Source of the DNA: a bacterium
GTDB taxonomy: Bacteria; Hinthialibacterota; Hinthialibacteria; Hinthialibacterales; Hinthialibacteraceae
Direction: 5' to 3'
Length of the DNA: 64,000 nt
Assembly (NCBI GenBank): GCA_041946805.1
Contig: JBHGBC010000003.1
Coordinates: forward strand, 1 to 64,000
Below are positions 40,286-50,945 of this stretch, in pieces (the stretch's first letter is position 1; every line of letters begins with the position of its first letter). A model generated the notes under the pieces. That model ran no database searches. It worked only from the letters and a program-made list of their open reading frames with translations, and was not told where the DNA came from. The position numbers and the translations under genes were made by a program.

Positions 40286-40549
40286 GTATCTGTTTACCGG
40301 ATGGCAGTGCTGCTTTTGAGGGCCAACGGCGCGGCATGAGTCTTGCCCAGGGCGTAAGCCCTGGGACGAAAGGGACTCAACCCTGAATCCCCTCTCCCTC
40401 TGGAAGAGGGTTAGGGAGAGGGAATTAAGGTAGGGGCGGACCTAGGTATCCGCCCGAGTTTTCCCCTCTCCCTCTGGGAGAGGGTCAGGGTGAAGGAAGC
40501 CCTGAAAGGGCGAAATTCATACATTTTCTGCAAAGGAGTAAACAGTTAC
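40286..40549 (-). mobile_element. MITE family 3, long copy (264 bp)
   Basis: TIRs GTATCTGTTTAC / GTAAACAGTTAC; perfect 8-bp direct repeat AAATTCTG (40278-40285, 40550-40557). Confidence 0.85.
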
Positions 40550-40576
40550 AAATTCTGTATGGTGGAAACCACGTCC

Positions 40577-41428
40577 ATGAAAAGCGAACCTTCATTTCCC
40601 ACCCGCCGGGCGTTTTCCTTCATCGAGCTGCTGGTGGTCCTGTTGCTGGTCAGCCTCTGGATGTCGGGCGCCTGGGTGGATGTGGGAAAATACTTGTGGC
40701 TGATCGAAATCCCCGCGTCCCTGGTGTGGTTTATTCTGCTTTACCGGGCATTGAAATGGATGATCTGGGACATCACCGCGAAACGAACGTTTCTCTGGAA
40801 TATCAAATCCCTCATCGTGCTGCTGTTCGTCCTGCATATCGGTGTGGCGTTGCTGCTCCGGTTTGGATTGCACTATTCCCTCTTTGTGTCATATCCCCTC
40901 TCTTTCGCATTTGGCGTAATCCTGCCGCTGGTGACACTGACCGCCGTGGAAAAGACACGGGAAAAACGCCGTTATCACCCCCGGTTGGACGCCCGTGTGA
41001 TCCTGAACCTCGCCCAGTCATGCCCCCCCGTAAAGGAATTCACGCGGCGGTATCCCATCCGCGCGGCGTATGTTTTCGATCATACCCGGAATCACCGGGT
41101 GGCGGCCTGCCTGTTCCACCACCGGCGGGAACGTCCGGAGCGGGCAGATTTGTTTGAAGATGTACTTTTGGAAATTGAGATCGACATGCGGATCCGCCAA
41201 GCTCTCCCGGACCAAACGCGGATCACGCGTTACCTCTTCCAACCGTATCAGGATGGCAGCATCCTGATGGAACTTGTGGGGGAAGCCGGTGATGAGAAGT
41301 TGCCACTCAGCCAGGAAACCTTGCTCCGCTTCGATCAAATCCTCAACCGCTTCCCTTCCCTGGCGGATGATCCCTTGCCGATTGCATTGCACCGGGGACC
41401 GATCGGGAAGTTTGAAAACACTTCCTGA
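40577..41428 (+). CDS. membrane protein with prepilin-type N-terminal cleavage/methylation motif
   Basis: RRA-FSFIELLVVLLLVSL, three further hydrophobic segments, soluble C-terminal domain. Confidence 0.65.
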   Translation: MKSEPSFPTRRAFSFIELLVVLLLVSLWMSGAWVDVGKYLWLIEIPASLVWFILLYRALKWMIWDITAKRTFLWNIKSLIVLLFVLHIGVALLLRFGLHYSLFVSYPLSFAFGVILPLVTLTAVEKTREKRRYHPRLDARVILNLAQSCPPVKEFTRRYPIRAAYVFDHTRNHRVAACLFHHRRERPERADLFEDVLLEIEIDMRIRQALPDQTRITRYLFQPYQDGSILMELVGEAGDEKLPLSQETLLRFDQILNRFPSLADDPLPIALHRGPIGKFENTS

Positions 41429-41539
41429 CCGGCTTCGGGGCTTCCCCTCTTCCCATTTATCCCTTTATTCTTATGAGGACCGCCGAATACGGACGAATGC
41501 GCGGAAATCAATGACCGCCGCTTACGAGGGAGAAGAATC

Positions 41540-42424
41540 ATGAAACAAAACCGCAGACAATGGCTACAAACCGCCGGGGCCGGATTGGGCATGTTGACAT
41601 GGGCCGGACCGTCAGCCCGGTCAGCGGAACCCGAAATATTCGCCAAGCCTTCCCGGATGAAGGTGGGACTCGTGACCTACAATCTCGCCAAGGACATGGA
41701 CATCGAGACGATCATCAAAACCTGCGAGGCGGCCCAGATCCAGGGCGTCGAGCTGCGCACCACCCATGCCCACGGCGTGGAAGTGTCGTTGAACCAGGAG
41801 CAGCGCGCGGCGGTGAAAAAGCGCTTTCAGGATTCCGCCGTCGAGTTGATGGGCCTGGGCAGCGCCTTCGATTACCATACGCCGGACCAGGACAAGTTGC
41901 GCAAGGACATCGAGGCCACCAAGGAGTACATCCGGCTCGCCCGGGATGTCGGGGCGTCCGGCGTCAAGGTGCGGCCCAACGGCTTTCCCGAGGGCGTTCC
42001 TCAAGAAAAAACTCTCGAGCAAATCGGCAAATCCCTGCGGGAGATCGGCGAATTCGGGCAAGATTACGGCATCCAGATCCGCCTCGAAGTCCATGGCAAC
42101 AGGACCAGTGAACTGCCACATATCAAAACCATGATGGATGTGGCGGACCATAAAAACGTGGGCGTCTGCTGGAACTCCAACGCCACGGATCTGGCCGGCG
42201 AGGACTTCGATTCCAACTTCAACCTGGTCAAGGACAAGATCTTTTCCTGCCACGTGAACGATTTATTCAATGAACGCTACCCCTACCGCCGCCTGTTGAC
42301 CCGCCTGAACGAGATCGGTTTTCAGGGCTACTGCCTGGCCGAACTGCCCCACACCAGCCCCGATCCCGTGATGGTGTTGAAATATTTCCGCGCCTTGTGG
42401 CTGGCGTACCAAAACCTGCTGTGA
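41540..42424 (+). CDS. Tat-exported sugar phosphate isomerase/epimerase (xylose-isomerase-like TIM barrel)
   Basis: NRRQWL twin-arginine leader, GVELR, IRLEVHG, FQGYCLAE. Confidence 0.88.
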   Translation: MKQNRRQWLQTAGAGLGMLTWAGPSARSAEPEIFAKPSRMKVGLVTYNLAKDMDIETIIKTCEAAQIQGVELRTTHAHGVEVSLNQEQRAAVKKRFQDSAVELMGLGSAFDYHTPDQDKLRKDIEATKEYIRLARDVGASGVKVRPNGFPEGVPQEKTLEQIGKSLREIGEFGQDYGIQIRLEVHGNRTSELPHIKTMMDVADHKNVGVCWNSNATDLAGEDFDSNFNLVKDKIFSCHVNDLFNERYPYRRLLTRLNEIGFQGYCLAELPHTSPDPVMVLKYFRALWLAYQNLL

Positions 42425-42837
42425 GGGGAAAACCCGTTTCCGTTCCAATATCGATACCTGTTATCGTTCAGGCATTCCCGCAGGGGCACGAGGCCATACG
42501 CCTCGGGAGTCAACCGGGTGGTTGAATACCGGCGCGGGATGTCAGACAACCAGGAGGATGACACATCACGACCCAGCTTTTCCTCACCCTGACCCTCTCC
42601 CAGAGGGATAGGGAAGGCAGCACGGATTGTCGTGTCCACGCGGGAAGCAGTTGGTGACCGGTGGGGTGGTCCGGAGAAAATCGTGATTGTTAATCCGGCA
42701 TCCATGGATAATCGCGGAGGAAAATTCATGAACAGCCCGCGCTTCAAGAATCCCCCCTTCCCGTTCCCGCGGAACCGGCCGCTGGGTATGATGGGCAGGG
42801 AGGATACGATCCATTTCATGATGATGAGGTAAACACC

Positions 42838-44181
42838 GTGAATCCCATCCTGAAACTCCTGGACCGGGCTGATTTGTTGACGTTGGGCTTCGGCGCCACG
42901 GCGGCCATGTGGGCCGTGGGATACATTTGCCGCATCCCGCCCGTCTTCGTCCCCAGCGCGGTTCTACTGCTCCTGTTATTGCTCTGCCTTCTGGCGGGGG
43001 GGTACTTGGCGGGACGGTATACGCCCATGGGATGGCGCGGCGGCCTTTACACCGGCCTGCTCGCATCCACGCTCAACCTGCTGGTCCTGGGCAGTTTGAT
43101 CACCGGGGATGCGCCCAACCGCATCGTACCTTCCGCCCTGCTCTGGATTCCCGGATCGTACCTGGTCAGCGGGGCCGTCGCGGCGGCGGGGGCGGCATTC
43201 GCGGGGGCGTACACCAAAACCGCCGCTCTGAACTGGACCGCCCTCTATATCCGGACCGCCGCTGGGACCACCTTTTTCCTGATCTTCATCGGCGGCCTGG
43301 TGACCAGCCACAAAGCCGGCCTGGCGGTGGTGGATTGGCCCAATTCCTTTGGGTACAACATGTTTCTGTACCCTCTGTCGCGCATGACCGGAGGCATCTA
43401 TTATGAACACGCCCACCGTTTGTTCGGTTCGCTGGTGGGCTTGACCACAGTAGTCATGGCGCTGCATCTTTGGCGGACCGATGCCCGCCGCTGGGTGAAG
43501 TGGCTGGGCCTGGTTTGCGTGCTGCTGGTGTTGATCCAGGGGATCCTGGGAGGCTTGCGGGTCACCGGGACGTTCACGCTGAGCGCGTCGCCCCAGGACA
43601 CCGCTCCCAGCATCCAGCTGGCCATTCTGCATGGCGTCCTGGGCCAAATCTTCTTCGCGGTGATGATCGCCATGGCGGTTTTCACATCGCCTGCCTGGAT
43701 CGCGGCCCACGCGCCCCAGCCGGTCCCTTCGGCCACCGCGGACCGCGTATTGACCGCCCTGCTGAGCGGCGTCCTGATCATTCAGCTGGTGCTGGGAGCC
43801 ATTTTGCGCCATATCGCCCACGGCCTGCTCATCCACATCAGCGCCGCGGCCATCGTCGCCGCCCTCGCGATCATCACCGGTGTGCGCGCCTGGGGGCTTT
43901 ATCCCAACGAGCCGGTCCTGCCCCGCCTGGGCCTGACCTTGCTGAAGGCCATCTCGCTGCAATTGGTGTTGGGGCTTTGCGCCCTGGCCGCCACCGGGAT
44001 GACCCGGCTGCCCGATCAACCTCCCCATGCCGTGGACGTCATCTTCACCACCACCCACCAGATTACAGGAGCCTTGTTGCTGGCCATCACCGTGGCCTTG
44101 ATGCTTTGGACCTGGCGCCGGCTCGCGCCCCAGCCGGTCACCCAATCCCAGTCTTCCCCCCACGAGGCGCACGTCCGGTAA
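42838..44181 (+). CDS. ctaA: COX15/CtaA heme A synthase family protein with extra N-terminal TM region
   Basis: GGLVTSHKAGLAVVDWP, YEHAHRLFG, QGILGGLRV, conserved His residues. Confidence 0.75.
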   Translation: MNPILKLLDRADLLTLGFGATAAMWAVGYICRIPPVFVPSAVLLLLLLLCLLAGGYLAGRYTPMGWRGGLYTGLLASTLNLLVLGSLITGDAPNRIVPSALLWIPGSYLVSGAVAAAGAAFAGAYTKTAALNWTALYIRTAAGTTFFLIFIGGLVTSHKAGLAVVDWPNSFGYNMFLYPLSRMTGGIYYEHAHRLFGSLVGLTTVVMALHLWRTDARRWVKWLGLVCVLLVLIQGILGGLRVTGTFTLSASPQDTAPSIQLAILHGVLGQIFFAVMIAMAVFTSPAWIAAHAPQPVPSATADRVLTALLSGVLIIQLVLGAILRHIAHGLLIHISAAAIVAALAIITGVRAWGLYPNEPVLPRLGLTLLKAISLQLVLGLCALAATGMTRLPDQPPHAVDVIFTTTHQITGALLLAITVALMLWTWRRLAPQPVTQSQSSPHEAHVR

Positions 44182-44272
44182 ACCAGTCCGGGGAAAGCCA
44201 TACCATCGACTTTCACTCCTTGCCGGTTTTTGATATAAGTAAGCCTCACCCGCCCGAAAGGAACCGGATGCC

Positions 44273-46849
44273 ATGAAACACGTCTTATCCCGATCGATCT
44301 TCTGGTACGTTCTGCTCTCGTCTTCCCCCGGTTTGTGTCAAGAAAATCCCGCCGCCTCCTCCCCCTCTCCCCGGGTGGGAGAGAACGAGGACGGTTCGTT
44401 TTATGTTCCCACCGAACAGCTGCTCGATCCCGCGGGTTTCCAGGTCACGTTTCCCGGACGGCCGGTCGACCTGGCCCTCAGTCCCGACGAAAAGACCCTG
44501 GCGGTCAAAAACCGGCGGGACTTGATCCTCATGGACGTGGATACCCGCCGCATACGCGTTTCCCTCTCCTTGCCCGGCGGCGGGCATAGCGTCACCGGGA
44601 TCCTGTTCTCGCCGGATGGGAAGACCATCTATACCACCGACGCGAGTAAAAGCATCCATCGCGCTCGCATCGGAGACCATGGGATCGCCACCTGGGACAC
44701 GCCCATCGTCCTGCCCCCGCCCGCCATCGGCGGCGTCCCCGCGCCCGCCGGCCTGGCCTTCTCCAATGATGGCAAGGAATTGCTGGTGACGTTGACCCGC
44801 AACAACACATTGGGCATCGTTAACCTGGAAACCAACGAGATTCAACAAATCGACACGGGCATTTGCCCCTTTACGGTCATCCTCACCCGGCCCGGCCTGG
44901 CTTACGTCAGCAACTGGGGCGGCCGGCGGCCCAAGGAGGGCGAGCCCACGGCTCGCAGCTCGGGCTCGGAAACCTTGATCGATGAAGAGACCGGGGTGGC
45001 TTCCAGTGGCAACGTAACGGTCATCGGCCTGGCCAAGCGGGCCGTCATCACCGAAATCGAAACCGGTCTCCACCCCTGCAACATGGCCTTGTCACCGGAC
45101 GAAAAATTGCTTTTCGTGGCCAACGCCAATTCGGACACCGTCTCGGTCATCGATACGCAAAAAAACAGCGTGATCCACACCCTCACCACGCGCCCCAATC
45201 CCGAACTGATGTTCGGCAGCACGCCCACGGATGTGCTGCTCTCGAAGGATGGGACGAAACTCTACGTCACCCTGGGCGGCAATAACGCCGTGGCGGTTTA
45301 TCAGCTCGGCTCCACCGAAGACTTCCTCCAAGGCAATGGAAACGCCGCCCTGCTGGGCTGCATCCCCACCGGTTGGTACCCCGGGGCGGTGCGGCTCAAC
45401 CGCGGCGAGGATCTGCTCTTCTGCGCCAACGTGAAGGGCCTCGGCTCGTTGAACCAGAGGACTTCGCGCCATGGCATGAATTCACACGAGCATCTCGGCT
45501 CGGTGTCGTTCATTCCCTATCCCCAGCCGGAAAAACTGGCCGCCATGACCGAAAAAGTCATCCATAACAACCGCCTGCCCGAATTGAAACGCAAACTCGA
45601 AAAGGCCCGCTCGGATATCGCCCCCGTGCCCGTCCCTGAACGCCATGGCGAGCCGTCGGTCTTCGATCACGTGATCTACATCATCAAGGAGAACCGTACG
45701 TACGACCAGGTTTTCGGCGACCTGCCCCAGGGCAACGGCGATCCCTCGCTGGTCCATTTCGGGCGCGAGGTCACCCCCAACCATCACGCGCTGGCCGAGA
45801 CCTTCACGCTGTTCGACAATTTCTACTGCAGCGGCGTGTTGAGCGCCGACGGCCACCAGTGGACCAACGAGGCCTACGTAACCGACTACCTCGAGCGCTT
45901 CTTCGGCGATTTCACCCGCAGCTATCCCTACGACGGCGACGACCCCCTGGCCTACGCCTCCACCGGATTCATCTGGGACAACGTCCTGCGCCACGGGCTC
46001 ACTTTCCGGGATTACGGCGAGTTCGTCCAGGCCGAACTCGATCCGCCCAAGGCCCAGTTCCTCGACTATTACAAGGATTATCTCGAGGGAACCCACACGA
46101 TCCAAATGCGCGCCCGGACCGAACTCAAACGCCTGGAACCGTACCTGTGCCCCACCTACGTGGGCTTCCCCAATACGGTGCCCGACGTGATCCGGGTCCG
46201 GGAGTTTTTGAAGGAATTCCGGGAATTCGAGCGCCAGGGGTCCCTCCCCCACTTCATCATCCTGCTGCTGCCCAACGACCACACCAGCGGCACCCGGCCG
46301 GACCGCCCCACGCCCCGGGCTTCCGTGGCCGACAACGACCTGGCCCTGGGGCAGATCGTCGAGGCGGTCTCGCATAGCCGGTTTTGGGAAAAAACCTGCA
46401 TTTTCGTGGTGCAGGACGATCCCCAGGACGGCCTCGACCACGTGGACAGCCACCGCACCGTCGCCTTGGTGATATCCCCCTACACCCGGCGGGGATTCGT
46501 CGACAGCACGATGTATACCCAACCGGGGATGCTGAAGACCATCGAACTGATCCTGGGCCTCCCCCCGATGAACCAGTTCGATCTGCTGGCCACCCCCATG
46601 CGCGCCTGTTTCCGGAATGAGCCCGATCTCACCCCCTACAAGGCCCTGAAAAACAACATCCCCCTCGACGAAATGAATCCGCCGCTGCCAAAAACCTCGG
46701 GCATGCAACGCTATTGGGCGCAAAAATCCCTGGAACTCGACTTGAGCAAGGAAGACTTGATCGACGAGGACCTCTTCAACCGCATCATCTGGCACGCCGT
46801 CAAGGGCTACGATGTGCCGTATCCCACCCGGCCCACGAAGTCCGGGTGA
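44273..46849 (+). CDS. YncE/YVTN beta-propeller plus alkaline-phosphatase-superfamily phosphoesterase
   Basis: ANANSDTVSVID repeats; YIIKENRTYDQVFGD, SADGHQW, DDPQDGLDHVDSHR. Confidence 0.92.
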   Translation: MKHVLSRSIFWYVLLSSSPGLCQENPAASSPSPRVGENEDGSFYVPTEQLLDPAGFQVTFPGRPVDLALSPDEKTLAVKNRRDLILMDVDTRRIRVSLSLPGGGHSVTGILFSPDGKTIYTTDASKSIHRARIGDHGIATWDTPIVLPPPAIGGVPAPAGLAFSNDGKELLVTLTRNNTLGIVNLETNEIQQIDTGICPFTVILTRPGLAYVSNWGGRRPKEGEPTARSSGSETLIDEETGVASSGNVTVIGLAKRAVITEIETGLHPCNMALSPDEKLLFVANANSDTVSVIDTQKNSVIHTLTTRPNPELMFGSTPTDVLLSKDGTKLYVTLGGNNAVAVYQLGSTEDFLQGNGNAALLGCIPTGWYPGAVRLNRGEDLLFCANVKGLGSLNQRTSRHGMNSHEHLGSVSFIPYPQPEKLAAMTEKVIHNNRLPELKRKLEKARSDIAPVPVPERHGEPSVFDHVIYIIKENRTYDQVFGDLPQGNGDPSLVHFGREVTPNHHALAETFTLFDNFYCSGVLSADGHQWTNEAYVTDYLERFFGDFTRSYPYDGDDPLAYASTGFIWDNVLRHGLTFRDYGEFVQAELDPPKAQFLDYYKDYLEGTHTIQMRARTELKRLEPYLCPTYVGFPNTVPDVIRVREFLKEFREFERQGSLPHFIILLLPNDHTSGTRPDRPTPRASVADNDLALGQIVEAVSHSRFWEKTCIFVVQDDPQDGLDHVDSHRTVALVISPYTRRGFVDSTMYTQPGMLKTIELILGLPPMNQFDLLATPMRACFRNEPDLTPYKALKNNIPLDEMNPPLPKTSGMQRYWAQKSLELDLSKEDLIDEDLFNRIIWHAVKGYDVPYPTRPTKSG

Positions 46850-46954
46850 ACGATCCAGAGTCCACTTCCGGTGACTCGGATCCTGCCAGCGGGCTACGCC
46901 GCGCTTTGATCCCACCCTATATGGGGGGGCAACTATAGCAAGGAAAATATTGAT

Positions 46955-47075
46955 ACCGCCCTTACAGGGCTTGGGATTCTTGTTTTTCCATTTCCCAGGG
47001 CTAACGCCCTGGGCTATGCTCATGCCGCGCCGTTGGCGCTGAAATGCCAGTTCTGCATTCGGTCAATCATTGCCT
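46955..47075 (+). repeat. partial MITE family 3 cassette
   Basis: GCCCTTACAGGGC, CCCAGGGCTAACGCCCTGGG, GCGCCGTTGGCGC in the same order as in 59505-59694. Confidence 0.65.
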
Positions 47076-47260
47076 ACGAAAAGCTCGACAGAATCGAATC
47101 CGGGTCAAGCGGTCCGGCGGGATTACCCGAACCGGAAATCCCGTCCATCTTTCTCATCCCCATCAAAAAATGTATATTTTCCTATTGTAACAATCCCAGC
47201 GATTGATATAACATTATAGGGAATACAATTTCCAATGTTCATGAGAAGGATCTATCGGCG

Positions 47261-47545
47261 ATGGAAACCATTCGTATCACCCATCAATCCGCGAATGAAC
47301 AAGGCTGGATGTTTACTGTGGTTGTAGGGAACGAAACGGACCTCACGGAACACCGGGTGACCTTGGAGCACCTGTATTATCATAAACTCACGCGGGGCAA
47401 AACCGATCCCGAAAACCTGGTCAAACGCTCCTTCGAGTTTCTGTTGCGGCGGGAACCGAAAACCTCCATCTTTCGCTCGTTCAATATCCAGGTCATCAAG
47501 AATTACTTCCCGGAATTCGAGGGGGAAATGCTGAAGACCGCTTGA
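47261..47545 (+). CDS. small hypothetical protein
   Basis: 94 aa, TEHRVT...LVKRSFEFLLRREPKTSI...YFPEFE; AGAAGGA upstream. Confidence 0.75.
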   Translation: METIRITHQSANEQGWMFTVVVGNETDLTEHRVTLEHLYYHKLTRGKTDPENLVKRSFEFLLRREPKTSIFRSFNIQVIKNYFPEFEGEMLKTA

Positions 47546-47754
47546 TGGGATTGAATGGGCCCCAAAAAGGACCGGCCTCTGCTTGAGCGGGGGGGATGGG
47601 GATTTTGTTTGTTATCAACCCGCCTCCTGTAAACCGTCCGGCGCCAGGGAAAGTACCCCGAATCCGAAAACATGAGTTGAAATTCCCTGCCATTCCTATA
47701 CCATGGCTTCAGCCAGGTTTCCATACATTCCAACCGAACGGGGAAAATGGGGCC

Positions 47755-49110
47755 ATGAACACAAATCCTTTGAATTCAATCTCACCGGTTACCCGGCGGA
47801 GCTTTCTGGCTGCCGGGCTGGCCGCGTACTCCACCGCCACGATCGGGGACGCGTTCGCTGATCCTGCGTCTCTCAACGCGATCGCCTCGGTCAACCTCCA
47901 GTCGATCGATCCGGGTTATGTCTCGTCGCAATACTATGACGCCAAGGAAAAAGAAGCGCTGAACGATGTGCTCGAGGAAGGTTCGCCCTTCCGTTTTTGG
48001 GGACCCGGCGCGCCCGTCAAGACCAAGCATTTCGAGGAAGCCTTCGCGAACTACATGGGCGTTCCCTACGCGCTGGCGGTGACCTCGGGCACCGCGGCCC
48101 TGGATTGCGCGGTGGCGGGACTGGGCATCGGGCCGGGCGATGAGGTCATCGTCCCCGCCTACAGTTGGTGGTCCGATTACACCTGTGTGCTGTGCGCCGG
48201 AGCGTTGCCGGTGTTCGCGGACATCGACGAAACCTTCAACCTCGATCCCCGCGATTTCGAGCGCAAAATCACCCCGCGCACCAAGGCGGTGCTGGCCGTG
48301 CACCTGATGGGCGGCCCCTGCGACATGGATCCGATCCTCGAGATCGCCCGCCAGCATAAAATCGCCGTGCTGGAAGACGCGGCGCAGGCAGTGGGCGGCT
48401 CGTACAAGGGGAAAAAACTGGGCTCGATGGGCGACGTGGGGATCTACAGCTTCCAGATCAACAAGATGATCAGTTCCGGCGAGGGCGGGGCGGTGGTGAC
48501 CAGCAATCCATTGATCTACGAACGCGCCGTCCGCTATCACGATGTGGGGATATTCCGTGAGGTCTTCGAGAAACGGACCGGCTCCAGCCAGGCCGGCAGC
48601 GAGGGCGGTCAGAACTTCCGCCTGAACGAATTCACCGGGGCCGTGCTGGACGCGCAACTGCCCAAGCTGGACACGATGATCCAGGACATGCGGCGCAACG
48701 CCAAGGCCATCGCCGACGGCATCAAGGATCTTCCCGGCCTGCGCTGGCGCAAACAACCGGATCCGGAGGGCGACACCGGCTACGCGGTCGGCATCGAGGT
48801 GAAAAACCGGGAATCCCGCGACCGGTTTATCAGCGAGCTGCACAAGTGGAAAGTCCCGGCGGCCACCCTGGTGGGTTCCGTGCTGCTGCCCCTCGAGGAA
48901 TCGGTCATTCAAAAGCAAGCCCGGCACCCAAACTGGCCTTCGTTCAACTCACCGGATGGCAAGGCCATCCAGTACGGTCCGGAATGCTGCCGCCAAACCC
49001 TGGATGTCTTCAATCGGTTCGTGCTGATCCGCGTGGGTCCGAAATACACGGACGCCATGAACCAGCAGATCATCGCCGCCGTGCGCGAGATCTATCCCAA
49101 GATCAGCTGA
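47755..49110 (+). CDS. Tat-exported DegT/DnrJ/EryC1/StrS PLP-dependent aminotransferase
   Basis: TRRSFL leader, SGTAAL, GPGDEVIVP, EDAAQA, SFQINKMISSGEGG. Confidence 0.92.
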   Translation: MNTNPLNSISPVTRRSFLAAGLAAYSTATIGDAFADPASLNAIASVNLQSIDPGYVSSQYYDAKEKEALNDVLEEGSPFRFWGPGAPVKTKHFEEAFANYMGVPYALAVTSGTAALDCAVAGLGIGPGDEVIVPAYSWWSDYTCVLCAGALPVFADIDETFNLDPRDFERKITPRTKAVLAVHLMGGPCDMDPILEIARQHKIAVLEDAAQAVGGSYKGKKLGSMGDVGIYSFQINKMISSGEGGAVVTSNPLIYERAVRYHDVGIFREVFEKRTGSSQAGSEGGQNFRLNEFTGAVLDAQLPKLDTMIQDMRRNAKAIADGIKDLPGLRWRKQPDPEGDTGYAVGIEVKNRESRDRFISELHKWKVPAATLVGSVLLPLEESVIQKQARHPNWPSFNSPDGKAIQYGPECCRQTLDVFNRFVLIRVGPKYTDAMNQQIIAAVREIYPKIS

Positions 49111-49157
49111 AGAACTATATCGAGGGTGAGGGAAGACCATGTTTTACCTGTCCGGAA

Positions 49158-49506
49158 GTAGAGGCACGTTGCCACGTGCCCCGACGATAACATCGGCCAG
49201 ATGATCTAGATTTTCAGGATTTCCAACCGGGGCAAATGCCCTGGATCCCCGCGGAAGCGGGGAACCAGGAAGCGGCGGTATGGTTACCCCGCACGAATGA
49301 TAAAAACGAAATGTAAGTACCCCTGATTAAAGGATTTCCCTCACCCTAGCCCTCTCCCAGAGGGAGAGGGGATTGATTACTCTTATTTTATCCTCTCAGG
49401 GCTCTATCAAAGGGAGAGGGGATTTGGGGGGTAATTTCCCCGGCCAGCCCGATTGAGAAGCGGATGAACATGCTTGAAAAAAAAATACGCACTTGTCGGA
49501 TGAACC
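49158..49506. repeat. REP mosaic including the right end of MITE family 1
   Basis: GTAGAGGCACGTTGCCACGTGCCCCGAC, CCCCGCGGAAGCGGGG, CCCTCACCC..GGGAGAGGG, terminal TACGCACTTGTCGGATGAACC. Confidence 0.75.
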
Positions 49507-49602
49507 AGAAAAATTCAACATAGCCTAAGGCGAGGGAATCTCTTTTGAGGCGTTTTCACCTTTCACACCGCGTTATTTCTCCTGTATATCCTTATAATAA
49601 AA

Positions 49603-50922
49603 TCACATCCGCTCCCCAATCACCCGCGCCAGGGCCTTGCCGATCAGGATGTGCCCCACCGGATCGAGGTGGCATTCGTCCATGAAGCGCGCCCGGAAGA
49701 AATTCTCCAGATCGGTGACCCGGCCGTCTTGCCGGGGAATGGCTTCCGAGTCGTCAATCAATTTCCAACCGTTCTCTTCCGCCTGGTCGAGAAAGGCATC
49801 GATTCCCGGCTCATTCACGTAATCGTTGATCCGGCCAATGGCCTCGCGGCTGTCAACCAAGGGAACCTCATATTCCCGGGCGGTTTCCCGGTAAATATCG
49901 AGATAGGGTTCCTCGCGATGCAAAACCGCCTCGCCGTGCAGGGATCCCAGCGGCTTGTGAGCTTCATAATACTCCCGCGCCTTCGATTCATCGCCCAAGG
50001 CCCGGTAACCCGTCCCCCTCAGATAATGGCAGAACGCCAGCGCCGCGACATGCAGCTCCGGCTCGGCTTTCTCCAACAGTTCCAGCGCCACCGCGGTCTG
50101 TTTTTCCTCCAGCCGCCGTGCGGCCCGCTCGACCGGCTCGAACACGCTGGGATTCTGTTCGATCATCAAAAACACGAGTTGGATACTCTTCTCCCGGCAT
50201 ATATTCACCACCTGCCGCAACTCGTCCCGGAAGACCTCCGGCGGCACCCGGATGGGAACCCGGTCCAGGGGCGGCGGATTGTCGAGGAGGCTCCGCAGCT
50301 TCCGGATCCCCAGTTCGGTGGACACGGCGTGGAGGATGTTGCTCCATTGCAGCGCCTCCACGCATTTCCGCAGGAACGCGATGCGGCGGAACGAGGCCTC
50401 CGAATCGGGCGGCGTCAGCAGCAAATAGCGCCGGTCGTTGTAGCCCGCGGAGAAAACCACCACACGCGGCTTATAAGCCAGCAATTGTTCCAACTTGGCC
50501 CGGCACTGCACCGCCGAATAGCCATGCGTTCCCGCGTTGATGACTTCGGCGTCCACTCCCTTCCCGCGCAACTCGGTTTGCAGCACGTGGCAAAAGGTGG
50601 ATTCATCCGGGACCTCGAATCCGTAAGTGCGGGAATCGCCGATGGCAATGATCCGCACGGCATGATTGGGTTCCAGCATGTACTCATCCGTCCCCCGGAA
50701 TCCGGCGGCATTGATACGCACATTGTGTCCGTACGTGGGGCCCCGGAAATTCGGCCTTAACTTCCACAATGTTTTCGAATCCCACTCGAACGCGCGTAAG
50801 TTGGGATCGGTTTCCTTGTTGTAGATCGAGCCAACCAGGCCTTCGAGCGCCAGGTAGAGGAGGACGAGAATCAGTCCGAAAGCGAGTTTTTTCTGATGGG
50901 AAGTTTGGGGGAGAAAGGACAT
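49603..50922 (-). CDS. membrane-anchored SGNH/GDSL hydrolase with TPR-like insertion
   Basis: INAAGFRG, GDSRTYG, INAGTHGYS, GYND, DECH. Confidence 0.88.
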   Translation of the reverse strand: MSFLPQTSHQKKLAFGLILVLLYLALEGLVGSIYNKETDPNLRAFEWDSKTLWKLRPNFRGPTYGHNVRINAAGFRGTDEYMLEPNHAVRIIAIGDSRTYGFEVPDESTFCHVLQTELRGKGVDAEVINAGTHGYSAVQCRAKLEQLLAYKPRVVVFSAGYNDRRYLLLTPPDSEASFRRIAFLRKCVEALQWSNILHAVSTELGIRKLRSLLDNPPPLDRVPIRVPPEVFRDELRQVVNICREKSIQLVFLMIEQNPSVFEPVERAARRLEEKQTAVALELLEKAEPELHVAALAFCHYLRGTGYRALGDESKAREYYEAHKPLGSLHGEAVLHREEPYLDIYRETAREYEVPLVDSREAIGRINDYVNEPGIDAFLDQAEENGWKLIDDSEAIPRQDGRVTDLENFFRARFMDECHLDPVGHILIGKALARVIGERM

Positions 50923-50945
50923 GAATAATTCCCGGTTTGGATATC

